Origin: Nitrospirota bacterium | GTDB taxonomy: Bacteria; Nitrospirota; Nitrospiria; Nitrospirales; Nitrospiraceae | Length of the DNA stretch: 64,000 nt | Reading direction: 5' to 3' | NCBI GenBank assembly: GCA_963701855.1 | Contig: CAVPBK010000011.1 | Coordinates: 32,001 to 96,000 of the forward strand | Part shown: positions 10,407 to 20,235 of the stretch, piece after piece | How positions within the stretch are numbered: the first letter of the stretch is position 1 | Layout: every line of letters starts with the position of its first letter | Position numbers and translations under genes: made by a program | The notes under the pieces: generated by a model | Databases searched by the model: none | Told to the model about the DNA's origin: nothing | What the model saw: the letters and a program-made list of their open reading frames with translations, nothing else

Positions 10407-10580
10407 TTAGGGGGTCGCCACTGTTTGGGGTTTACGAGCGGCCAAGCTCTTTCGCCGATTATTTGAAATGGTACGATCGATGATCGCGCCGCAGTTGATA
10501 CATTTCCAGGCATAGAAAATTAAGAAGAAGTCGGAGAACCGCTCAAGCATCATGAGGCCTTTGCACTTCGGACATTCCAT
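10407..10580 (-). CDS. Small zinc-ribbon protein (57 aa, below ORF-track cutoff)
   Basis: GGAGG RBS; MECPKCKGLMMLERFSDFFLIFYAWKCINCGAIIDRTISNNRRKSLAARKPQTVATP with two CxxC pairs. Confidence 0.8.
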   Translation of the reverse strand: MECPKCKGLMMLERFSDFFLIFYAWKCINCGAIIDRTISNNRRKSLAARKPQTVATP

Positions 10581-10762
10581 CGAATCCTCCCAAGGTTACG
10601 GTGTACTGCTGCAGGCGGTTCAAAGCAATTACTGAACCAAAATGTCGCTGTACGTAATTTCAACAGTTTAGACGGTACGTATTTGTTAGGAAGTGGCAAA
10701 CAGGGGGGCTATTGCTAGTACAAAAACGTTCAGCGTGACGTATTTTTGTGCGTGGAGGATGG

Positions 10763-11479
10763 ATGGCCAGCAAGAAAGGAAGTCAGGGCATCGCGCAATG
10801 GCCTGAAACAGAACGGCCGCGCGAACGGCTGCTGACTCAGGGGCCACAGGCGCTCACCAATGCCCAACTCCTGGCCATTCTTCTTCGAGTTGGTCGTCAT
10901 GGATCTTCAGCTGTGCAAGTCGGAATAGATATTCTGGATCGACTCGGGGATGTGGCCGGACTTGCACAATGCGGAATCGAAGAACTCTGCGCGGTTCCAG
11001 GTGTGGGGGAAGCCAAAGCAGCCCAGTTGAAGGCTGCCCTTGAATTAGGGAAGCGTGCCCTTGCTGGTCCGCTGACCAAGGGAACCAAAATCACATCCAG
11101 CAGTGACCTCTTCACCCATTACCATCCGACCTTGCGTGACCTGCGTCACGAAATCTTCAAAGTTGTTTTACTGGATGCCAAGCATGCCATCATGCGTGAC
11201 ACGACAGTATCGGAAGGCAGCTTGACGCTCAGCATTGTCCATCCACGCGAAGTCTTCACACTCGCGGTAAAAGAATCCGCGGCGGCCGTAATCTTTCTGC
11301 ACAACCATCCCAGTGGAGATCCCACGCCGAGCCAGGAAGATCGTGTTCTGACGGCGCGATTGGTGTCGGCAGGGGAGGTGCTAGGCATTCGAGTCCTTGA
11401 CCATCTCGTCATCGGCAACGGACGTTATGTCAGCTTTGCCGATCAAGGTTGGCTGACAAACCATGGTGCAGACACGTAA
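10763..11479 (+). CDS. radC: RadC/JAB-MPN domain protein
   Basis: RPRERLL, GVGEAKA, VHPREVF, HNHPSGDPTPSQED, LDHLVIG. Confidence 0.95.
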   Translation: MASKKGSQGIAQWPETERPRERLLTQGPQALTNAQLLAILLRVGRHGSSAVQVGIDILDRLGDVAGLAQCGIEELCAVPGVGEAKAAQLKAALELGKRALAGPLTKGTKITSSSDLFTHYHPTLRDLRHEIFKVVLLDAKHAIMRDTTVSEGSLTLSIVHPREVFTLAVKESAAAVIFLHNHPSGDPTPSQEDRVLTARLVSAGEVLGIRVLDHLVIGNGRYVSFADQGWLTNHGADT

Positions 11480-11519
11480 GAAAAATGGGGAGTTGCAGTG
11501 ATGTAACCATATAAACGCA

Positions 11520-11652
11520 GGATACGAAAAAGGCCGTCCTCGTCGTGCGTGGTTTGTCTTGTTCATCTGGTTAATTTCCTTCAACCCAAAAACCAGACAA
11601 ACCAAACGACTAAATTACGATCTTTTTACGCTGACGGACTTTTCAGCATCCT
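11520..11652. repeat. Composite palindromic intergenic element
   Basis: Outer arms GGATACGAAAAAGGCCGTC / GACGGACTTTTCAGCATCC enclose a TGGTTTGTCT..AACCAGACAAACCA inner palindrome. Confidence 0.6.
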
Positions 11653-11668
11653 GCAAGAGGAGGGTTTC

Positions 11669-13768
11669 ATGAGCGAGCCACACAGGGAGTCACTCAGAAA
11701 TGTGGTCTTGATCTCCAGTGCCGGTGCCGGGAAGACTTCGCTGGCTGAGGCCATACTCTTTGCCGCCGGCACTGTTCCCCACCTCGGGTCGATCGCACAA
11801 GGCACGACTGTCTCGGACTTCGAGCCGGAAGAATTGCACCGGCGCAGTTCCGTCAGTACCAGTCTCCTCCGTTGTTCATGGAATCACACCACCATCAATC
11901 TCGTCGATCCCCCCGGCGCGTTGAGTCTGCTCGGGGAGACAGTTATGGCATTGCGAGCGGTAGACGCTGTGATTCTGGTGGTAGGCGCCTCGTCGGGGAT
12001 TCGGAGCGAACTTGTCAGAATCTGGGCTCGCGTTACAGCGCTTGGTTTGCCCTGTCTGCTGTTCCTCAACGAAATGGATAAAGACGGCGTCTCCCTCGAT
12101 GAGGTTGCCGCGATGTGTCAGCGCGATCTTGGAATCATGCCATTGCCGATGTCGTTGCCCTATGGCAGTGGCGCCCAGCTTAAAGGGGTGCTGGATCTCG
12201 CTCAACAACGTGTGATCACTTCGCGCACGGAGAGCCCCACAATTCAGCAGTTGTCAATACCGGAACAGGAGCAGACCCTGGTCACTGATGCACGGAAGCG
12301 CATTCAAGAGGGAGTGGCTGAGCGTGATGATCGATTATTGGAACAATATCTCGCTCTGGGGGAGTTGACGAAGGAGGACCTGACCGATGGCCTTCGTCTT
12401 GGCGTCCAGGCAGGCCTGATCATCCCGCTCTACAGCGGGTCCGCTATCAGGAATATCGGGATTGTTCCGCTCCTCAATGCGATCGTCGACTTGTTGCCAT
12501 CGCCGATGGACCAGGCAGTGAAAATACCGCTGGAAGGCCTGCGTCCAGATACGGGAGAGGCGGTGAGTCGCCGTGCCGTTCAAGAAGATCCATTTTCAGG
12601 GATCGTCTTCAAGACGCTGATTGACCCGTTTGTCGGGAGACTATCTTATATGCGGGTCTTGTCAGGGGCTCTTCATGCAGACTCCATGGTCTTCAACAGT
12701 TCGCGGGGCGGCAAAGAGAAAAGCGGACATCTTTATACGCTGTTAGGAAAGAAACACACGTCCGTGCCTTCGGCCAGCGCTGGGGATATCGTAGCCATTG
12801 GGAAACTCAAAGATACGCAAACTGGCGACACCCTCTGTGATGAACAAGCTCCCATTTGCTATCCGAAGACGGCGTTACCGCGGCCTGTGCTGTCCTTTGC
12901 GATCGAGCCAAAGTCCAACGCCGATATCGAGAAAATCAGTCTTGGCCTGCATAAATTGATCGAAGAAGATCCGACGCTAGAATTTTCACGGCATGCCGAC
13001 ACGAAAGAAATAGTGTTAAGTGGGATGGGCCAGTTACACATCGATCTTGCGCTTGAAAAATTGCACCGCAAATACGGTGCGGACGTGGTGCTTCATATGC
13101 CGAAAATTCCGTATCATGAAACCATTCGCACCACGGCGCAGGCGCAGGGAAAATATAAGAAGCAAACCGGCGGGCATGGCCAGTACGGTGATTGCTGGCT
13201 GGAGCTCGCGCCTCTGCCGCGCGGGGAGGGCTTCAAGTTTGAGAACAAGGTGGTCGGCGGGGCCATTCCACGCAACTTTATTGCAGCCGTAGAGAAGGGA
13301 GTGGTCGAAGCCATGCGCCACGGAGGTTTGGCTGGGTTTCCTGTCGTCGATTGCCGGGTGATGGTCTATGATGGGTCGTACCATGCTGTGGACTCTTCTG
13401 AGATGGCATTTAAGATCGCCGCATCGATGGGGTTCAAGAAAGCGTTGGAAACAGCCAATTCTATCTTGCTAGAGCCGATTATGACCGTGGAAATCGAGGC
13501 GCCGGCGGATCACATCGGAGGTGTGATCGGAGACTTGAATGCACGCCGTGGACGGATTCTCCATGTGGAGGCAAAAGACCAGACGGAGCAGATCACAGCC
13601 CTTGTGCCCATGGCGGAGATGCTCACGTATGCCACGATGCTGAATTCGCTCACGGCAGGACGTGGCAGTTATGCAATGGAATTCGCGCGGTACGATGAAG
13701 TGCCGCGCGAGCTTGCGGTTCGAATCATTGAAACGCACAAGGTGGAAACACATGCGGCGGCACATTGA
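11669..13768 (+). CDS. fusA: Elongation factor G-like protein (EF-G2 type, degenerate G motifs)
   Basis: GMGQLH, KKQTGGHGQYG, DGSYHAVDSSEMAF, LLEPIM; G1 SSAGAGKT, G3 DPPG, G4 NEMD deviate; GAGGAGG RBS before ATG 11669. Confidence 0.88.
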   Translation: MSEPHRESLRNVVLISSAGAGKTSLAEAILFAAGTVPHLGSIAQGTTVSDFEPEELHRRSSVSTSLLRCSWNHTTINLVDPPGALSLLGETVMALRAVDAVILVVGASSGIRSELVRIWARVTALGLPCLLFLNEMDKDGVSLDEVAAMCQRDLGIMPLPMSLPYGSGAQLKGVLDLAQQRVITSRTESPTIQQLSIPEQEQTLVTDARKRIQEGVAERDDRLLEQYLALGELTKEDLTDGLRLGVQAGLIIPLYSGSAIRNIGIVPLLNAIVDLLPSPMDQAVKIPLEGLRPDTGEAVSRRAVQEDPFSGIVFKTLIDPFVGRLSYMRVLSGALHADSMVFNSSRGGKEKSGHLYTLLGKKHTSVPSASAGDIVAIGKLKDTQTGDTLCDEQAPICYPKTALPRPVLSFAIEPKSNADIEKISLGLHKLIEEDPTLEFSRHADTKEIVLSGMGQLHIDLALEKLHRKYGADVVLHMPKIPYHETIRTTAQAQGKYKKQTGGHGQYGDCWLELAPLPRGEGFKFENKVVGGAIPRNFIAAVEKGVVEAMRHGGLAGFPVVDCRVMVYDGSYHAVDSSEMAFKIAASMGFKKALETANSILLEPIMTVEIEAPADHIGGVIGDLNARRGRILHVEAKDQTEQITALVPMAEMLTYATMLNSLTAGRGSYAMEFARYDEVPRELAVRIIETHKVETHAAAH

Positions 13769-13772
13769 CCGA

Positions 13773-13870
13773 TCATCTGGTCTGTTCAGTCTGTCTGGTC
13801 TATCTGGTTAGCTTCGCTGAACTAAATACATGAGAAAGACCGAATAGACCAGATAGGCCAGACAGACCGG
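13773..13870. repeat. 9-nt-unit imperfect palindrome between convergent genes (possible bidirectional terminator)
   Basis: TCTGTCTGGTCTATCTGGTT...GACCAGATAGGCCAGACAGACC. Confidence 0.7.
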
Positions 13871-13871
13871 G

Positions 13872-15254
13872 CTAGTCGGCCGGTTTAAGCACCACGTAGA
13901 AAGCGCGGCTTTCTCTCAGCACACGGAGCAGAACGGTTTCGTCTCGTCGGACCTTCGAGAGTGCGTTGCTAAATTCTCCGACTGATCCCACCTCGACACG
14001 ATTCACTTCCTTGATGAGATCACCTTCGTGAAGGCCTTCCGATTGGGCGAGGCTTCCGGGCTCCACTTTGCTAATGAGCACGCCCCGGTTTTCTCGCAGC
14101 TTGAATTTATCGGCGAGCCCCTGAGTCAGATCTTGCACATCAAAGCCTAGCTTGACTTCAGTGCGGGCCTGGGGGAGCGAGGTGCTAATCGCGTGGTCCC
14201 GACGTTCGATAAGAGCGATGTCCAGCACCATGCGCTGCTGATCGCGAACGATCTCAACTTTTGTCGTCGACCCGGGAAGTAATCCCGCCACGACGCGAGA
14301 GAGCCGGTTCGGCGTGTCAATCACGGTGCCGTCAATTCGAGTCAGGATGTCGCCGGGTTTGATGCCGGCTGCCGCAGCAGGGTCCGTCTCGAAGACTTCG
14401 TTGACCAGGACTCCTTCGCCTTCGTTGACACCGAACTTGCGTGCTAACTCCACCGTAAGCGGTTGAATGCCGACACCCAGCCAGCCGCGTGTCACTCGTC
14501 CCTGTTTCAGTAATTGCTGAATCACCTGCTTGGCCATGTTGGAGGGAATTGCGAACCCGATCCCTTGGGCAAAGTTAATGATGGCGGTATTGATGCCGAT
14601 GATTTCTCCGCGAAGATTAAAGAGCGGGCCGCCTGAATTGCCGGGATTGATCGACGCATCTGTCTGAATAAAATTTTCGTAGCGCGAAAGATTGATGTTT
14701 TCCCGTCCGATCCCGCTGACTACACCGAGCGTGACCGTTCGATCGAGGCCGAAGGGATTTCCCACGGCAAGCACCCATTGGCCAACGCGTACGGCCGACG
14801 AATCCCCGAATTTCGCGCTTGGAAGTGGGTGGTCGGCGGTCACCTTAAGGACGGCTAGGTCTGTATCCAGATCCTTACCGACGACCTGCGCAATTAGCTT
14901 GGACTTGTCGGAAAACCTGACCTCAATTTCCAGCGCATCGCCGATGACATGGTTGTTCGTAACGATATGTCCCTCAGAATCGATGATGACACCGGATCCT
15001 GATCCAGTGGCATTGGGAGCCCGCTCTTGAGACAGCTCTTTCCCTTTTCCTGGTCCGGACAAGGGAAAGAGATTTACGACGGAGGGTTTTGCAGATTCAG
15101 CTAAATCGGTGATGACAGTTTGAATCTCTTCCAGCAGGCGAAGACCAGGAGAGTCCGCCGATCTTGGCGCGGCAGACTCAGCCATGGCGGACGAGTGAAT
15201 ATTAAACGAAACCACGAATACAAGGCTGATAAAGACTTTTAGCGTGCGAGCCAT
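13872..15254 (-). CDS. Do/DegP-family serine endoprotease with two PDZ domains
   Basis: Signal peptide, GSGVII, TNNHV, DLAVLK, QTDASINPGNSGGPL, PDZ repeats. Confidence 0.95.
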   Translation of the reverse strand: MARTLKVFISLVFVVSFNIHSSAMAESAAPRSADSPGLRLLEEIQTVITDLAESAKPSVVNLFPLSGPGKGKELSQERAPNATGSGSGVIIDSEGHIVTNNHVIGDALEIEVRFSDKSKLIAQVVGKDLDTDLAVLKVTADHPLPSAKFGDSSAVRVGQWVLAVGNPFGLDRTVTLGVVSGIGRENINLSRYENFIQTDASINPGNSGGPLFNLRGEIIGINTAIINFAQGIGFAIPSNMAKQVIQQLLKQGRVTRGWLGVGIQPLTVELARKFGVNEGEGVLVNEVFETDPAAAAGIKPGDILTRIDGTVIDTPNRLSRVVAGLLPGSTTKVEIVRDQQRMVLDIALIERRDHAISTSLPQARTEVKLGFDVQDLTQGLADKFKLRENRGVLISKVEPGSLAQSEGLHEGDLIKEVNRVEVGSVGEFSNALSKVRRDETVLLRVLRESRAFYVVLKPAD

Positions 15255-15403
15255 CTTGTACCCTTCGCGTAATTGTACATCGTGGGAAGCGCGATCGACT
15301 AGGCTGTCTGATGACTAATGTGTTTGAAACTTCGCACTCCGACCTTCAGCCTGCGTCCTTTGGCCACGCCTGTCGCGCACGTCTTGCTTGTCTCGCTCAC
15401 GAT

Positions 15404-16036
15404 TCACACCGACTTGGCGTTCCGAGCTTGAGTGAATTCAGCGGCGACCTGCGCAAGATCTGCCTGTAGACCGACCATGACCAAGACATCGTCCATGCGA
15501 AGTACCAGGACATCGTCTGGCGGCACGAGAAACGGCCCCCGAAGAACAGTGATAAGACGAACCGACATAGGCAGCATCACCTCACCGAGTCTCCTCCCAA
15601 TGACCGGTGACCCCTGAACAATAGGGAGCCGTTCGATGGCCGCCGCACGGAGACTTAGATCCTGTTGCAGGGTCAGGAGCTCGTGGTGAATCGTTTCCAG
15701 CTTAAGCTCACGGATTTGACTGTCGACGCTGAGCAGCGTCTGTTTCAGCTGTTGAATGCGGTCGCCGGCCTGGCCGAGGAAACCTTCCAATTGATCAGAT
15801 GGAGGAATTGACTCGTGACTGAACGGTGGACGCTTGGCACAGAGCCCGGCAATTTGACGTCCGAGGTCGCCGTGTCCCTGTTCGATCTGGCTTAACAAAT
15901 TCGAGGCCTGACTGTGCAAACGAAGAACCTGGACTTTGCGGTTGGCACGTTCGGCAACCGCAAGGATAGTTTCATAGATCGCGCTGCCGGTAATCGAGAG
16001 TTCCTGCTGAATACGACCAAGTAGTTCAAGGGACAT
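15404..16036 (-). CDS. Coiled-coil protein with C-terminal TrkA-C (RCK-C) domain
   Basis: GSPVIGRRLGEV...ITVLRG..LVPPDD.VLR.DDVLVMVG pattern. Confidence 0.65.
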   Translation of the reverse strand: MSLELLGRIQQELSITGSAIYETILAVAERANRKVQVLRLHSQASNLLSQIEQGHGDLGRQIAGLCAKRPPFSHESIPPSDQLEGFLGQAGDRIQQLKQTLLSVDSQIRELKLETIHHELLTLQQDLSLRAAAIERLPIVQGSPVIGRRLGEVMLPMSVRLITVLRGPFLVPPDDVLVLRMDDVLVMVGLQADLAQVAAEFTQARNAKSV

Positions 16037-16052
16037 AAATCAAAAATCCATT

Positions 16053-16080
16053 GGGTCCGATAATATATATTATGTTAACT
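16053..16080 (+). other. dif: dif site (XerC/XerD chromosome dimer resolution)
   Basis: GGGTCCGATAA-TATATA-TTATGTTAACT, an 11-6-11 layout close to E. coli dif GGTGCGCATAA-TGTATA-TTATGTTAAAT. Confidence 0.85.
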
Positions 16081-16290
16081 CGCTACCGTATATACATGAT
16101 CTCCGTAATTAGACCTTTATCCTACTCCTCCACCTCGGTCAATAGGTACAGGGCTTTCTGTGAAGTCGGCACTGCCCATTCGCCTTCCCAGCCTAGCCTG
16201 TTGACATATTGCGGGCCAAACGGTACATGACGATACATGCAGGATGTTCTTGCTGCTGGCTCTCGTACTCCCTGATCCACACGAAAACCA

Positions 16291-17310
16291 ATGAAGCCCT
16301 GTTCTAAATGCGGAACGCTCAGCTCCCCTCTTTATGGTGAACAGCACTGCCAAGGTTGCTTTCGCATAGAAACTGGGCAAAGTCCTCACTCGTACACGCG
16401 GAAAAGCATGAAGCTGAGTGACTCGATGTCAAAGGACGACTTGGAACGTGAATATGTCAACGAAGGGATGTCGCTAGAGGACATTGCGACAAGATGTAAG
16501 TGCTCCCGTCAGTACATCCTCAAATTGCTTAGAAGGTACAGGATTCCTCGAAGAAACAAGTCGGCGGCTCGAATACTTGCCACTTCCAAAGGAAAAATAT
16601 CGGTTGCGAGGACGGATGCATCCGGAAGCCGCGTGATGGTTCCTCATGTGAGACGGATTGTTGACGAAGATTTCTTCAAGCACTGGACACTGAAGATGGC
16701 CTGGGTATTAGGCGTTATCTATACTGACGGCTGTCTTGTGATGCCACATGGATCAGTCAAAGGTCGGCTCACTCTTTCCCAGAAGGAACCGGAACTGATT
16801 GAAAAAGTGCTGACATTACTGAATAGCAATGCAAAGTTGCTATTCACCCCAAAGAGGGGAATTACCGGTGCCGTACATCGCGTTTCTATTAGCAACGCTG
16901 AAATATACCAAGATCTTCAGAAGTTGGGTGTTACTCCAAGGAAAAGTCTCAGCCTCACCTTCCCTGAAGTACCTGCTCCCCTCGTCAGACATTTTATTCG
17001 AGGCTGCTGGGATGGCGACGGATCCGTCTATTGGGAGGGAGGAGACGCACGAAAACCATGTGCGAGTTTTGTGAGTGGTTCCAAGGAGTTCATAGAACAA
17101 ACTGTGAACCGCTTAGTATCTCTCGGATTACCAGACCGAACTATTTATAAAACAATGCGCAGCAGAAATGTCTCTTATTACTTTCGCTACACGGGTTCTT
17201 CTTGCGCCAAACTATATCGCTTATTTTATGACGGTATTGATGAGAATATGTATCTGTCAAGAAAACATGATCGGTTTCGTAAAATTGGTGAGTGTTTTGA
17301 AGTAACGTAG
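16291..17310 (+). CDS. Free-standing LAGLIDADG-family endonuclease-like protein with N-terminal CxxC pairs and HTH
   Basis: Two LAGLIDADG-like motifs WVLGVIYTDGC and HFIRGCWDGDGS; CSKC...CQGC; SLEDIATRCKCSRQYI HTH; visibly AT-richer than flanks. Confidence 0.8.
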   Translation: MKPCSKCGTLSSPLYGEQHCQGCFRIETGQSPHSYTRKSMKLSDSMSKDDLEREYVNEGMSLEDIATRCKCSRQYILKLLRRYRIPRRNKSAARILATSKGKISVARTDASGSRVMVPHVRRIVDEDFFKHWTLKMAWVLGVIYTDGCLVMPHGSVKGRLTLSQKEPELIEKVLTLLNSNAKLLFTPKRGITGAVHRVSISNAEIYQDLQKLGVTPRKSLSLTFPEVPAPLVRHFIRGCWDGDGSVYWEGGDARKPCASFVSGSKEFIEQTVNRLVSLGLPDRTIYKTMRSRNVSYYFRYTGSSCAKLYRLFYDGIDENMYLSRKHDRFRKIGECFEVT

Positions 17311-17395
17311 AAGAAAGATTCCGATCTGGTCCGCATCCTCTCCTCGCCAGCATTCTACGTGCAGGCCAACCGGAATATATTGTTGCAAGGTGCTA

Positions 17396-18766
17396 TCAAT
17401 TCAATGAATTTAGGCTGCCAGTAGCTCTCGCAAGATTCACACGAGCTGCGTTCAATTGAAACAACGCTTCGACCAGGTTTTCTCTAGCATGGGCCACAGC
17501 CGTGAGTCCATTGGTCAACTCGAAATGGCTTGACGCTGTAATGATGGTGTAGCGTTCTCGTGCCAATTCAAGTTCCTTCAAGGCCGACCTCATGCCAGTC
17601 TGCGCAATACTCACTTGGTCCTTTGCGGCAGTCAAGCCGGCCATTGCGTCGTGCACTTCCATTTTCACATGGTTCAAGATCGATTGGAGTCGAAGCGCTT
17701 CCTGCCGCAATTGGCTGCGGGACTCGGCAATCCGGCCTTCTCGTTGCCCGCCATCAAAAATCGGAATCTGTAGCAGCAGCGCCATATTGTAGGTGTCGAG
17801 GGTGTTACCCCACCGATTCCCGATCTGACCGTAATCCCCCTGTGCCACAAGCGACGGCAGGCGCTCCCCTGTGATGGAGGAATAGGTCAGTTCGGTAGCC
17901 CGCACGCGTGTCGCCTGAGCCACAACCTCTGGCCGCTGTTTTAAGGCATCCTCAACCGCAGCCTGAACAGCCGGCTGGTCGAGCACGTCAGGGCGAAATT
18001 CATCTGTCAAGACCACCGGTGTTTCATAGGGGAGCGCCAGCAGATTGAGAAGATTCAGCTTGGCGCGCTCGACAGCATATTGTGAGACAGATGTCTGCTG
18101 TCGCTCGCCGGCGAGTTGCGCGTCGAGCCGTGCGAGGTCAAGGCCGGTCGCGGCGCCCAGGCGTTGGCGCTGTTTAATGAGCCCCAGTAGATCAATCATG
18201 ACCTGCTGGTTCGCCTCATGCATCTTCACCATGCCCATGGCTTTCAAACCTTCCATATAGCTGAGTGCCACGCTGGCCATCGTGTCAAACTTTCGACTCT
18301 CGGATTCCGACTCGCTGACATGGAGCATTTCACGTGAGGCACGCCAGCGCTGAATCAAGCTGACGCTCAGAAGATTTTGTGTCGCGTTGATCCGCGCATC
18401 GAAAATGCTAAAAGGGTCGCTCACGTTAGGATTGAGCCCGAAGGAGCCTCGAAATACCGTCTGTCTGCTTTGCCGGACGCTAGAGGAGAGGTTCGGCAAC
18501 ATTGTTCCCAATTGCGTTTGCATTTGTCCGCGGGCTGCTTCGATCCGCTCCCTATAGAGGAGCACATCGGGGTTGTTATCAACCGCCGCAGCCAATGCGC
18601 CGCGCAAGGTCAAACTCAAAGGTTGAAGCGGCGCCGATGGCGAGTCCAGCCTGCTCTCTCCTCCTCCAACTGCGCCCTCAGCTTGGGAAAACAATCCAAG
18701 GAATGCTGGGACAAGAGCAGAAACTAAAATGACAGAATAAATATTATAAATCAGTAACTTGATCAT
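17396..18766 (-). CDS. TolC-family outer membrane channel
   Basis: Signal peptide, LTLRGALAAAVDNNPD, RPEV, IPIFDGG, LARATG; ATGA-coupled to hlyD. Confidence 0.88.
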   Translation of the reverse strand: MIKLLIYNIYSVILVSALVPAFLGLFSQAEGAVGGGESRLDSPSAPLQPLSLTLRGALAAAVDNNPDVLLYRERIEAARGQMQTQLGTMLPNLSSSVRQSRQTVFRGSFGLNPNVSDPFSIFDARINATQNLLSVSLIQRWRASREMLHVSESESESRKFDTMASVALSYMEGLKAMGMVKMHEANQQVMIDLLGLIKQRQRLGAATGLDLARLDAQLAGERQQTSVSQYAVERAKLNLLNLLALPYETPVVLTDEFRPDVLDQPAVQAAVEDALKQRPEVVAQATRVRATELTYSSITGERLPSLVAQGDYGQIGNRWGNTLDTYNMALLLQIPIFDGGQREGRIAESRSQLRQEALRLQSILNHVKMEVHDAMAGLTAAKDQVSIAQTGMRSALKELELARERYTIITASSHFELTNGLTAVAHARENLVEALFQLNAARVNLARATGSLNSLN

Positions 18767-20154
18767 CGTTCCCTGAGGCTTTCCTTCACAGATTTTAGTA
18801 AGGGGCTCAGAAGATACTCAATCACGCGGCGCTGGCCAGTCTTGATCTCAACAGTAACCGCCATGCCTGGTGTCAGATTGACCTCCCTCCCCTCCACATG
18901 GATGGTGAAGCGATCCATGCTGACCCTGGTGGGATAGACCAGCCCAACCTTTTCAATCGACGCGGCATCGTCCGACACACTCAACACTTTCCCTGGAATT
19001 GTGCCGTACAGGGTGAAGGGAAAAGTCTCGACCTTGATCTCGACAATCTGGCCGTTCTTCACAAACCCCACATCCTTATTCTCTACCTGAGCCGCCACTT
19101 CCACGGGATGGTCCTGCGGAACCACGATTAGAAGTTCCTGTGCCGGAGTGACGACTCCTCCCACCGTGTGGACAGCCAACTGCTGCACGACGCCATCGAT
19201 CGGAGTGGTCAATCGTTGGAGATCAACCTTCTGTCCGGCCTTCGTGACGTCCTGCGTGAGCGACGAGGCCTTAATTTCCAGAGTAGACAGTTCCGCCTGT
19301 TTCGACTGCTGAAACTCCGAAACGAGCGCGTGGTAGTTGGTCTCTGCTTCCGAGAGCGCCGACTGGTCTTGATGCAGCTTCTTGCGCTGCCCGGCAAGTT
19401 CTTGAGTTTTGTCGATCCGTTGTTGTTCTGCTTGAAGAAAGTCCAGCTTGGTCGCGGCATCGTGCTCCAACAGTTTCTTGAAGGCGTCGGCACGCTCTGC
19501 CTCCATGGGGACCGTCGCTTCAAGCCGTTGGATATTTTCCTTCGTTTGGTCGAGCGCGGCCTTTCGCTGACCGATTAAATGTTGCGCGGTGCCGACTCTG
19601 GCCTGATACTCCGCAAGTTGATCGCGAAGGAGCTGGCGTTGCAGCAGGACATGTTGGGGATCGCTATCGGCAGGGGCGTCGAATGTGGAGTGGCCGGCAA
19701 TCAGCGCGCGCAAACGAGCCGCGTCAACCTTCGCAGCGCGATATTCATTGAGCGCGCGGTTCTGATCGGCGCGGTTTTGGGTTGAGTCAAGCTCAATCAG
19801 CAGCTCTCCCCGTTTGACGAGCTGCCCATCCTGCACATGAATGGCGGTGATCACGCCAGTCTCATAGGGCTGAATCACCTTAGAGTAACCGCTGGGAATA
19901 ATCTTGCCCTGTGCGGTGGCCACGATGTCGATCCAACCGAGCGAGGCCCACAGTACCGCACTTGCGAACACGGCGATGATGGTCCACAGGATGGCGCGGC
20001 CGATCGGCGAGGGCGGCGCCTGTTGAATTTCCAGCACAGCGGGAAGAAACTCCGTCGAGCGCCCGCCCGGGATTGCACCGAGGGCTTGGCCACGCTCAGC
20101 CTGCCAGGCTGCCTTCCAGACTGTCCAATGACGTGAAAGAACTCCAAATGCCAT
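18763..20154 (-). CDS. hlyD: HlyD-family T1SS periplasmic adaptor
   Basis: EFLPAVLE, DIVATAQGKIIP, PIDGVVQQL, TFPFTLYG, PGMAVTVEIKTGQRRVIEYLLSP. Confidence 0.95.
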   Translation of the reverse strand: MAFGVLSRHWTVWKAAWQAERGQALGAIPGGRSTEFLPAVLEIQQAPPSPIGRAILWTIIAVFASAVLWASLGWIDIVATAQGKIIPSGYSKVIQPYETGVITAIHVQDGQLVKRGELLIELDSTQNRADQNRALNEYRAAKVDAARLRALIAGHSTFDAPADSDPQHVLLQRQLLRDQLAEYQARVGTAQHLIGQRKAALDQTKENIQRLEATVPMEAERADAFKKLLEHDAATKLDFLQAEQQRIDKTQELAGQRKKLHQDQSALSEAETNYHALVSEFQQSKQAELSTLEIKASSLTQDVTKAGQKVDLQRLTTPIDGVVQQLAVHTVGGVVTPAQELLIVVPQDHPVEVAAQVENKDVGFVKNGQIVEIKVETFPFTLYGTIPGKVLSVSDDAASIEKVGLVYPTRVSMDRFTIHVEGREVNLTPGMAVTVEIKTGQRRVIEYLLSPLLKSVKESLRER

Positions 20155-20171
20155 GTGACCTCAGTTCATCG

Positions 20172-20234
20172 ATAGTCTGTCTGGTCTCTCTGGTTTGTCT
20201 GGTATCGGACAGATAGATAAGACAACGACAGACC
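20172..20234. repeat. 9-nt-unit imperfect palindrome between hlyB and hlyD
   Basis: GTCTGTCTGGTCTCTCTGGTTTGTCTGG...GACAGATAGATAAGACAACGACAGAC. Confidence 0.6.
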
Positions 20235-20235
20235 C

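Noticed and set aside
17365..17392. Second dif-like site (CCGGAATATATTGTTGCAAG) closing the LAGLIDADG cassette
   Set aside because: Right arm does not match the XerD arm TTATGTTAA; too weak to call
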